A DNA stretch of 13,906 bases from an uncultured Deinococcales bacterium (GTDB taxonomy: Bacteria; Deinococcota; Deinococci; Deinococcales; JAAFIG01). The stretch's first letter is position 1, and every line of letters begins with the position of its first letter. Below, in pieces: positions 7,798 through 13,906 of this stretch. The stretch is taken from positions 1 to 13,906 of the forward strand of contig CAXTKV010000144.1 of NCBI GenBank assembly GCA_964244895.1. The letters are read 5' to 3'. The notes below the pieces were generated by a model. The model saw only the letters and a program-made list of their open reading frames with translations, made no database searches and was not told the origin of the DNA. The position numbers were made by a program, and so were the translations under genes.

Positions 7798-7898
7798 AAA
7801 GGTGAAAGGTAAAAAGGGAAAAGATGAAAGTAGACCCACGAGACGGGCGACGCATCGGAACTCCTGGCTTTCACTTTTTCCTTTTCCCTTTCAGCTTT
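7798..7898. repeat. Imperfect inverted repeat built from AAAGnnn heptamer-like units
   Basis: Left arm 7798-7830 AAAGGTGAAAGGTAAAAAGGGAAAAGATGAAAG; reverse complement of right arm 7868-7898 AAAGCTGAAAGGGAAAAGGAAAAAGTGAAAG; 37-nt loop. Confidence 0.75.
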
Positions 7899-7933
7899 GA
7901 CCTGCATCAACCCGTTCTTGGGGTTTCTCGAGG

Positions 7934-7985
7934 CGCAACACCGTCCTGGACACATTCTTGAATTCGCGTCCTGGACGGTGTTGCG
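7934..7985. repeat. Palindromic element copy 6 (46 bp)
   Basis: cgcAACACCGTCCTGGACAC-attcttgaattc-GCGTCCTGGACGGTGTTgcg; core 7937-7982; CTCGAG at 7927. Confidence 0.9.
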
Positions 7986-8045
7986 GGGCATGAACCCCGA
8001 TCCTGACCCGTCCAATTGGCGGGTGCGCCCTTGGCCCGCAGGGCA

Positions 8046-8051
8046 TACACT
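8046..8051 (+). promoter_or_regulatory. -10 box (TACACT) of a leaderless promoter for the ABC exporter
   Basis: TACACT-cttgcg-GTG(8058); same geometry as five other genes in the window. Confidence 0.65.
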
Positions 8052-8057
8052 CTTGCG

Positions 8058-9908
8058 GTGAGCCGACCGACCAGACCCCCACCCAGGGAACCCAGGGAAC
8101 GCCAGGAGCGCATCCCGATGGCCGTGATGGTCCGCGATCTGCGGGCCACGGTGCGGCTGGTGTTCGATGTCAGCCCGTTGCACGCGACCTTGATCGTCGT
8201 CACCAGCCTGGCGCAGTCGCTCGTGCCCGCCGCCAGTTTGTGGGTTTCAAAACTCTTGCTGGACGACGTGGCGCGCGCCACGCAGGGGCAACTGGAGGGC
8301 GGTTTCACCACGCTGGCGGGTTTGCTGGGCGTTCAGGTCGCCATCGGTGTGGTCGGGACGCTGCTGTCGACCATCTCGGGCGCGTCCAGGGAATTGTTGG
8401 GTGACGCGCTTCAGGCCAGCACCACGCAGCGCATCCTGGAAAAAGCCGCGCACCTCGAGGTCGAACGTTTCGAGAACGCCAAGACTTACGATGCCCTCCA
8501 GGACGCGTACCGCGAGGTCAACATCCGCCCGATCACCGTGGCCATGGGCGTGCTGGGGCTGGTGCAGGCCGTGATCACGCTGGGTTCCATCGGGGCGCTC
8601 CTGGCGCGGCTGGGCTGGCTGGTGCTGCTGTTGGTGCTGGTGGCGGCGTTGCCGGGCGTGTTCGTCAGCAACCGTTTCGGGGCGGAAAGTTACTGGATGA
8701 TCCGCCGCCGCACGCCGGAAGCCCGCGTGCAGAATTACCTGGGCACGATCCTGACCTCGGATCAGTTGGTCAAGGAAGTCCGGCTTTTTGGTTTCGAGGA
8801 GTACCTGCTTTCCCGTTGGCGCGAGTATTACCAGAAATTCCGAGCGCAGTACGAACCGATCGTCTACCGCCGCAGCGCCTGGACGCTGGGGTCGTCACTG
8901 CTTTCCGCCGTGCTGATCGGTCTGGCCACGCTATCCGTGCTGGCCAGGGCCGCCGCCGGAAAGATCAGCGTCGGCGATTTTTCGTTGTTCGTGGGCGGCA
9001 TCGTGCAGGTGCAGGCGCAATTCTCGAGCCTGCTCTCGGGCGTCTCGAGCCTGTACCAGAATTTGTTGTACATGCGCAATTTGTTCGAATTCCTGGAACT
9101 GCCCGCCCGCGATCTGGACGCGGGTGAAACCTGGCGCGGGCCGATCGAAACCATCGAATTTCAGGGCGTGTCCTTCCGCTATCCCTTGACGGAGCGCGAC
9201 GTGCTGAAAGGTGCCAGCTTCAAGGTCAAGAAAGGTCACGCGCTGGCGCTGGTCGGCGAGAACGGCGCGGGCAAGACGACCATCGTGAAACTCCTGACGC
9301 GGCTCTACGAACCCACCTCCGGGCGGATTTTGCTGAACGGTCTGGACGCCAGCCGTTTCAGCCCGCGCAGCGTGCAGAAGGAAATGAGCATCATCTTCCA
9401 GGATTACGGCCAGTTTCAGATGACCGCCCGCGAGAACGTCGCGCTCAGCCAGCTCGAGGACATGCAAGATGATGCGTCCCTGGCGCGCGCAGGGGAAAAA
9501 TCCGGTGCGAACGAATTCGTGCAGGAACTGCCGGACGGGTACGACAGCATGCTCGGACGGATGTTCACGGGCGGGCGGCAGCTGTCCGGCGGGCAATGGC
9601 AGCGGTTGGCTTTGTCCAGGTTGTACTTCCGCGACTCGAGCGTGCTGGTCTTCGACGAACCCACGGCGGCGCTCGACGCGCAAGCGGAATTCGAGGCCAT
9701 CGAGGCGCTCCGCACGCAAGCCAGAGACCGGATCGCGGTGCTGATCTCGCACCGATTCAGCACGGTCAGGTTGGCTGATCAGATCGTGGTTCTGGACGGC
9801 GGTGTGGTCTCCGAATCCGGTTCCCACGAGGAACTGGTGGCGATGGGCGGCACTTACGCGCAACTCTTCAGATTGCAGGCCAGAGGTTATCTCGAGCGCG
9901 CGGTCTGA
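8058..9908 (+). CDS. ABC exporter, fused transmembrane and ATP-binding domains
   Basis: N-terminal TM domain; Walker A GENGAGKTT; signature LSGGQWQR; Walker B VLVFDEPT; H-loop ISHR. GTG 8058 chosen from the leaderless -10 box. Confidence 0.93.
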   Translation: MSRPTRPPPREPRERQERIPMAVMVRDLRATVRLVFDVSPLHATLIVVTSLAQSLVPAASLWVSKLLLDDVARATQGQLEGGFTTLAGLLGVQVAIGVVGTLLSTISGASRELLGDALQASTTQRILEKAAHLEVERFENAKTYDALQDAYREVNIRPITVAMGVLGLVQAVITLGSIGALLARLGWLVLLLVLVAALPGVFVSNRFGAESYWMIRRRTPEARVQNYLGTILTSDQLVKEVRLFGFEEYLLSRWREYYQKFRAQYEPIVYRRSAWTLGSSLLSAVLIGLATLSVLARAAAGKISVGDFSLFVGGIVQVQAQFSSLLSGVSSLYQNLLYMRNLFEFLELPARDLDAGETWRGPIETIEFQGVSFRYPLTERDVLKGASFKVKKGHALALVGENGAGKTTIVKLLTRLYEPTSGRILLNGLDASRFSPRSVQKEMSIIFQDYGQFQMTARENVALSQLEDMQDDASLARAGEKSGANEFVQELPDGYDSMLGRMFTGGRQLSGGQWQRLALSRLYFRDSSVLVFDEPTAALDAQAEFEAIEALRTQARDRIAVLISHRFSTVRLADQIVVLDGGVVSESGSHEELVAMGGTYAQLFRLQARGYLERAV

Positions 9909-9954
9909 ACGCCGTTCCACACGGTGTTTTCTGATCCTCGCGCCGGACGGTGTT
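9908..9954. repeat. Palindromic element copy 7 (degenerate, 47 bp), overlapping the ABC gene stop
   Basis: AACGCCGTTCCACACGGTGTT...CGCGCCGGACGGTGTT. Confidence 0.7.
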
Positions 9955-10047
9955 TCCTTGATCGCCCGGTTCTTCATGAGAAGCGCACCAACCAAACCCA
10001 TGCGATTTCTCACGAATCCACGGGCCGACCCGGACTAGATTCCCTGC

Positions 10048-10425
10048 ATGAAACGAATCCTCGCCGCACTGCTGATCGCCGCGTCCTCGGGCGCGATGGC
10101 GCAGGTGCGCATCCAGATCGACCTTCCGGTTCCGGTCGTGGTCGTCACGACCAACATCAACATCAGCCTGGTGCCGAACCTGGTGGTCATTCAGCGCGTG
10201 CGCGAACCGCAGGGCGTGCTGGTCGTGTACCGTTCCAGCCGACCATCGACGGTCTTCGTGCACCACGACCGCGACCTGCGCGCCAGAGGTTGGGTGCGCG
10301 TCAATTATCAGGCGCAGCGCGACCGTTACTGCTGCGAGTATCGCCGCGGTCAGGCCAGGGCCAGGCTCGAGGTGCGGGATCGGCGCGGCAACCGCATCGA
10401 GGTCAGGGTTCACGAGGACGATTGA
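10048..10425 (+). CDS. Small secreted hypothetical protein
   Basis: Signal peptide MKRILAALLIAASSGAMA|Q; V/R-rich, beta-strand-like body; TAGATT -10 box 6 nt before the ATG. Confidence 0.8.
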   Translation: MKRILAALLIAASSGAMAQVRIQIDLPVPVVVVTTNINISLVPNLVVIQRVREPQGVLVVYRSSRPSTVFVHHDRDLRARGWVRVNYQAQRDRYCCEYRRGQARARLEVRDRRGNRIEVRVHEDD

Positions 10426-10548
10426 AGCCTTCGCTAAGCCCGAATTCTCGAGTACACGGGTTCTCGAACGTTCGTTGCGCGGTGGATCATCCGCATTCAA
10501 TCGGGCACCCTGAGGACTTCCAGCTCCGAAATCCTCGAGACTGAGCTT

Positions 10549-10848
10549 TCAGCCCGTGGCCGTCATGAACGCGTCCTGATAGTCCGTCCAGAGCGGATCG
10601 ACCGTCTTTCTGTACTCGAGCGCCGCGATCATCTGTAGGTCCGCGTTGACGGCGGCGGTCGCACGCTCGAAATCCTGGCTGGAGGCGTAGCCGAAGATCG
10701 CCACGACCCGCGCGTCCCCTGTTTCCCAACGCCCGACGGTCACGATGCCGTGCCTGGTGTAAATCGGCTCGAGCAGGTCGTGGAAGTACCTGTGGAAGAC
10801 CTGGAGTTTTTCGGGGATTGCCTGGTAGGTTCGCATCCGGTAGACCAT
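10549..10848 (-). CDS. NIPSNAP-family protein
   Basis: About 100 aa; YRMRTY...PEK...YTRHGIVTVGRW pattern; TACAAT -10 box 6 nt before the ATG. Confidence 0.82.
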   Translation of the reverse strand: MVYRMRTYQAIPEKLQVFHRYFHDLLEPIYTRHGIVTVGRWETGDARVVAIFGYASSQDFERATAAVNADLQMIAALEYRKTVDPLWTDYQDAFMTATG

Positions 10849-10869
10849 GCCGGGATTGTACGCCGGGAA

Positions 10870-10925
10870 AAGACCATCCTAGACGGTGTTCTCGAGCCTC
10901 GAGAAACTGCGTCTGGGATGGTCTC
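10870..10925. repeat. Palindromic element copy 8 (56-bp class, two CTCGAG in the spacer)
   Basis: AAGACCATC-CTA-GACGGTGTT ctcgagcctcgaga AACTGCGTC-TGG-GATGGTCTC. Confidence 0.82.
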
Positions 10926-10943
10926 ATTATGGTTCGTTGGTGA

Positions 10944-11465
10944 TCACAACGATGCGCTGGCGAAGTTCACGCTGAAGGTCTTGCACCAGATCACGATGCT
11001 CTTCAATTTATCCAGCTGCGTTCCGACGGGGACCGCGTAATTCTGGTCGCCGACGTTGCCCTTGAGCTTGCCCAGTATCACCGAATTGCTGGCGTTCACG
11101 TCACCTGCGCCGGGCCTGGTCAGGCTCGAGCCGTAAACGTACAGGTCGGGGCCGTTCAGCACGCGGAAATCCGTCAGGCGCAGGATGATTGAACCATCAG
11201 CCTGCTTGTACAGCGTGGCCTTTCCTTTCACGCCATCGTGCGAGACATCGTAGAACGCGCCCGAACCGAGTGCGCTCAGATCGGCGCTCGTGGTGGCGGT
11301 CGTGGCCGCCGCACTCGAGGTGCCCGTACCGGGCAGCGCCTCGTTGACGGAAACGTTGATGAACAACGGTGAGATCAGCCAGTACGCCAGCCCCAGCCCT
11401 GCCACGGCGATCACGGCGGCGAAAGCGCGCGCCCAACGGGGTAAACCTTGAATGGTCGCAATCAT
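10944..11465 (-). CDS. Membrane-anchored DM13-domain protein
   Basis: N-terminal TM helix then PLFINVSVNEALP; NGPDLYVY; LGKLKGNVGDQNY; IVIWCKTFSVNFASA; AGGAGG Shine-Dalgarno. Confidence 0.92.
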   Translation of the reverse strand: MIATIQGLPRWARAFAAVIAVAGLGLAYWLISPLFINVSVNEALPGTGTSSAAATTATTSADLSALGSGAFYDVSHDGVKGKATLYKQADGSIILRLTDFRVLNGPDLYVYGSSLTRPGAGDVNASNSVILGKLKGNVGDQNYAVPVGTQLDKLKSIVIWCKTFSVNFASASL

Positions 11466-11630
11466 GAATGGTTCCTCCTGAAGGTTGTACGCCGGGGGTC
11501 GCCGCAGGGTTCAAAGGGAATCGGGCGGTAGCGATGGCTCGAGGAGAGGCCGCGAGCCGCAAGGAAAACCTCGAGCGAGACAGGGAATCGCAGGCGTTGA
11601 TCGAGCCCGGTTCCGGGGCGGGCTTTTGAG

Positions 11631-11686
11631 AATATCGTCCCAGACGATGTTCTCGAGGCTCAAAAAACGCTGTGCTGGACGGTGCT
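11631..11686. repeat. Palindromic element copy 9 (56-bp class)
   Basis: AATATCGTC-CCA-GACGATGTT ctcgaggctcaaaa AACGCTGTG-CTG-GACGGTGCT. Confidence 0.8.
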
Positions 11687-11729
11687 CGCGCGCGCCCGTA
11701 TGATGAATGTCCAGAAAGGCGGTGCGGGT

Positions 11730-11813
11730 GTGAAACACATCGAAGATCATCAACCCAGCCGCCACGCGCTCTGGAACCTGCACCTGCTGCCCAACGGCTT
11801 CCACGCGAGATAG
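11730..11813 (+). CDS. Putative 27-aa small ORF upstream of the Rieske oxygenase
   Basis: TATGAT at 11699-11704, SD-like AAAGGCGGTG at 11715-11724, GTG start; MKHIEDHQPSRHALWNLHLLPNGFHAR; in-frame ATGs at 11700 and 11703 are alternative starts. Confidence 0.35.
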   Translation: MKHIEDHQPSRHALWNLHLLPNGFHAR

Positions 11814-11865
11814 CAGCTCGAGCATCCGTCGTCACTCGAGAATTCGCTCGGAAAGGAAGGCCGTC

Positions 11866-12963
11866 ATGCCACAAAAATTGTTCGTCTCGGATCGCATCGA
11901 GGAGGCCAGCACGCTGCCCGCCTCGTTCTACAAGGATCCCGCGTTTTTTGAACTCTCCAAGGAGCGCGTCTTCGCGCGAAGCTGGCAATTCATGGGCGAT
12001 ACCGACCACCTCAAAGCGCCCGGTTCGGTGCAACCTCAGACGCTCCTGGAAGGTTGCCTGGACGAACCCCTGCTGGTCACCAGGGACTTCGACGATCACC
12101 TGCACGTCCTCAGCAACGTTTGCACGCACCGCAGCATGATCGTGGCAGAAACGGGCGGCGTCGGCGATCGGTTTTTGCGCTGCCGCTACCACGGGCGGCG
12201 TTTCGGGTTGGACGGCTGCTTTCACGCCATGCCCGAATTTGAGCGCGCCGAGCACTTCCCGCGCCCGGAGGACAACCTGCCCAGAATTCCGTTCGCCACC
12301 TGGGGCCAGGACAAATTCTTGTTCGCCAGCCTCGATCCCATCGCCAGCTTCCAGGACGTGATGAAACCCATCAACGATCGCCTGGGCTGGTTGCCGCTGC
12401 AAGATTTTTACTTTGAACCCGATTACGCCCGCGATTACCTGGTGCATTCAAACTGGGCGCTCTACTGCGACAACTACCTGGAAGGCTTCCACATCCCGTT
12501 CATTCACGCGTCATTGAATTCCCTGCTGGATTATGAAAACTACCGCAGCGAACTCTTTGAATGGAGCAACCTGCAATTTGCACCCGCCGCCAGCGACGAA
12601 CTGGTGTTCGACCTGCCGCCGTCATCGCCGGATTACGGCCAGCGCGTGGCGGCGTACTACTACTGGGTTTTTCCGAACACGATGTGGAACTTCTACCCCT
12701 GGGGCGTATCCGTCAACGTGGTGCGCCCGTTGGGGCCGGAACTGACCAAAGTGTCCTTCTTGCAGTACGTCTGGGACGCCAAGAAATACGGTCAGGGGGC
12801 TGGCGCTCGGTTGGATCGGGTCGAACGCGAGGACGAGGTCGTGGTCGAGGCCGTGCAGCGCGGCGTGAAATCCCGTTTTTACGACAAGGGCCGCTTCAGC
12901 CCGACCCGCGAGCAGGGCGTGCATCACTTCCACCGTTTGTTGGCCAGAGCCCTGAACGATTGA
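11866..12963 (+). CDS. Rieske non-heme iron oxygenase alpha subunit (choline monooxygenase/CntA-like group)
   Basis: Rieske motifs NVCTHR and CRYHG; mononuclear Fe motif NWALYCDNYLEGFHIPFIH; C-terminal EREDEVVVEAVQRG; AAGGAAGG Shine-Dalgarno. Confidence 0.92.
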   Translation: MPQKLFVSDRIEEASTLPASFYKDPAFFELSKERVFARSWQFMGDTDHLKAPGSVQPQTLLEGCLDEPLLVTRDFDDHLHVLSNVCTHRSMIVAETGGVGDRFLRCRYHGRRFGLDGCFHAMPEFERAEHFPRPEDNLPRIPFATWGQDKFLFASLDPIASFQDVMKPINDRLGWLPLQDFYFEPDYARDYLVHSNWALYCDNYLEGFHIPFIHASLNSLLDYENYRSELFEWSNLQFAPAASDELVFDLPPSSPDYGQRVAAYYYWVFPNTMWNFYPWGVSVNVVRPLGPELTKVSFLQYVWDAKKYGQGAGARLDRVEREDEVVVEAVQRGVKSRFYDKGRFSPTREQGVHHFHRLLARALND

Positions 12964-12972
12964 TTTTGTGTA

Positions 12973-13018
12973 AACACCGTCCAGCACGCATATTCTAAGG
13001 CGCGTGCTGGACGGTGTT
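12973..13018. repeat. Palindromic element copy 10 (46 bp)
   Basis: AACACCGTCCAGCACGC-atattctaaggc-GCGTGCTGGACGGTGTT (perfect 17-bp arms), followed directly by CTCGAG at 13019. Confidence 0.95.
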
Positions 13019-13048
13019 CTCGAGATTCGGCCTGTGATTTCGAGTCTC

Positions 13049-13073
13049 GTAGGGCGGGTCTGTGAACCGCCCT
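13049..13073 (+). repeat. GTAG-tagged REP-type hairpin
   Basis: GT-AGGGCGG-gtctgtgaa-CCGCCCT. Confidence 0.6.
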
Positions 13074-13157
13074 TCCCGAAAACGTGTTCGACCACTTCGA
13101 GACCTTCAACTGGTGTCCTCGAGCATCAACGCCGGAACGACACGATTCCGTTCAGGC

Positions 13158-13256
13158 TGTCATCCTGGAGAATTCGTACCGAGCGATCTCGAGTGCTACT
13201 GGCTCAAAGATCGACTGACCGACGGCGAAAGGTCCTGAACAGAGTTCGGGATGACG
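13158..13256. repeat. CGTC-tagged REP-type inverted pair (left copy degenerate)
   Basis: Left end TGTCATCCTGG at 13158; right end GGTCCTGAAC-aga-GTTCGGGATGACG at 13231-13256 (reverse complement CGTCATCCCGAACtctGTTCAGGA). Confidence 0.55.
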
Positions 13257-13276
13257 AATGCGGGGTGTAGAGCGCC

Positions 13277-13906
13277 TCACGCGATCGCTTCGGGTTTGAC
13301 CAATTGACCGCGGGACGCGCTGTCCGCCTGACCTTCCAGCGCGGCGGTTCGACCGCGCACCAGCGTCATCTGGACTGCGCCCTTGAAGCGGCGACCCAGG
13401 TACGGGCTTTGCGTGTGGCGGTAGAGGAGATGCTCAGGTTCCAGCGTGAATTCGCGACCCAGGTCGACCAGGGCCAGGTCAGCGTCATAGCCGACCTCGA
13501 GCTTGCCCTTGCGGTGAAATCCGAAGCGCGCGGCGGGGTTGGCGGACAGCAATCCGGCGATGGCCTCGAGCGGTAAGCCTCTGGCGTGGTGGCCTTCGGT
13601 CAGCAGGGCGCTCAGCGTGGATTGCACGCCGGAAATCCCGCCCCAGACGCTAAAGAAATCTGGTGAGGTTTTCATTGCTGGCGGCGCGGGCGAGTGATCG
13701 GAACCCACGATGTCCACCCGGCCCGTCAGCACCTCGTCCCAGAGGCGGTCGAATTCCAGGCGGTCGCGCACGGGCGGGGCGCACTTTAGCACGGCTCCGA
13801 GCGCCTCCAGGTCGTCGTCGGTGAAGGTCAGGTAGTGCGGGCAGGTTTCGATGCTGACGTTCACGCCGCGCGCTCTGGCTTCGGCGGCCAGCGCCACGCC
13901 GCGCCC
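13277..13906 (-). CDS. allB: Allantoinase (cyclic amidohydrolase), C-terminal part; gene begins beyond the window end
   Basis: ETCPHYL, KCAPPVR, GSDHSP, WGGISGVQ, KGKLEVGYDADL, SPYLGR motifs; frame stays open to the window edge. Confidence 0.88.
   Translation of the reverse strand, partial: GRGVALAAEARARGVNVSIETCPHYLTFTDDDLEALGAVLKCAPPVRDRLEFDRLWDEVLTGRVDIVGSDHSPAPPAMKTSPDFFSVWGGISGVQSTLSALLTEGHHARGLPLEAIAGLLSANPAARFGFHRKGKLEVGYDADLALVDLGREFTLEPEHLLYRHTQSPYLGRRFKGAVQMTLVRGRTAALEGQADSASRGQLVKPEAIA

Noticed and set aside
8058..10425. RiPP/bacteriocin cluster around the ABC exporter
   Set aside because: No peptidase domain, modifying enzyme or convincing precursor; the downstream small protein has an ordinary Sec signal and its own promoter
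10426..10548. ncRNA or terminator between the convergent small genes
   Set aside because: Only short imperfect stems (e.g. GAGGACTTC/GAAATCCTC) and no U-tract; not distinguishable from chance
11511..11825. 104-aa minus-strand ORF in the DM13-Rieske spacer
   Set aside because: Runs through a repeat copy, has no SD or -10 support, and is antisense to the better-supported small + ORF
103..13018. Palindromes as integron attC sites (AAC...GTT ends, roughly one per gene)
   Set aside because: Flanks do not fit RYYYAAC/GTTRRRY, arms lack the extrahelical-base asymmetry, neighbouring genes lie on both strands and include housekeeping murJ and mqnP, and no integrase is present
2022..13576. Long antisense or alternate-frame ORFs such as 2022-2717, 3526-4422, 7107-8183, 8931-10013 and 11197-12447
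   Set aside because: Shadow ORFs typical of high-GC DNA, overlapping well-supported genes and lacking recognisable motifs
11866..13906. Rieske oxygenase and allantoinase as one purine or methylxanthine catabolic operon
   Set aside because: The genes are convergent and separated by repeats, and the oxygenase looks choline/CntA-like; there is no evidence of co-regulation in the window

Overview
GC-rich bacterial chromosomal segment, probably Deinococcota. This is inferred from the MqnP/MurJ types, six TANNNT-N6-start leaderless genes and extreme CTCGAG enrichment. Gene order: partial ACT-domain gene (-); a lower-GC two-gene cassette (uncharacterised FExH-repeat protein plus AbiEii-type nucleotidyltransferase, ATGA-coupled); UbiA/MqnP prenyltransferase; secreted Cys-containing protein; murJ; small coiled-coil protein; secreted Zn-phospholipase C/P1-nuclease-like protein; DUF2786 protein; ABC exporter; small secreted protein; NIPSNAP; DM13; a possible small ORF; Rieske oxygenase alpha subunit; partial allantoinase. 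The most striking non-coding signal is a palindromic element (AACACCGTC-N3-GACGGTGTT doublets, mostly exactly 46 or 56 bp) present about 10 times, in most intergenic regions and often abutting CTCGAG. Several other REP-type families and a 30-bp tandem repeat also occur. Best candidates for new biology are the non-canonical AbiEii toxin/partner cassette bracketed by two palindromes, and the palindrome/CTCGAG system. No rRNA, tRNA, CRISPR array or transposase was seen. All calls come from reading the sequence; no database searches were run.
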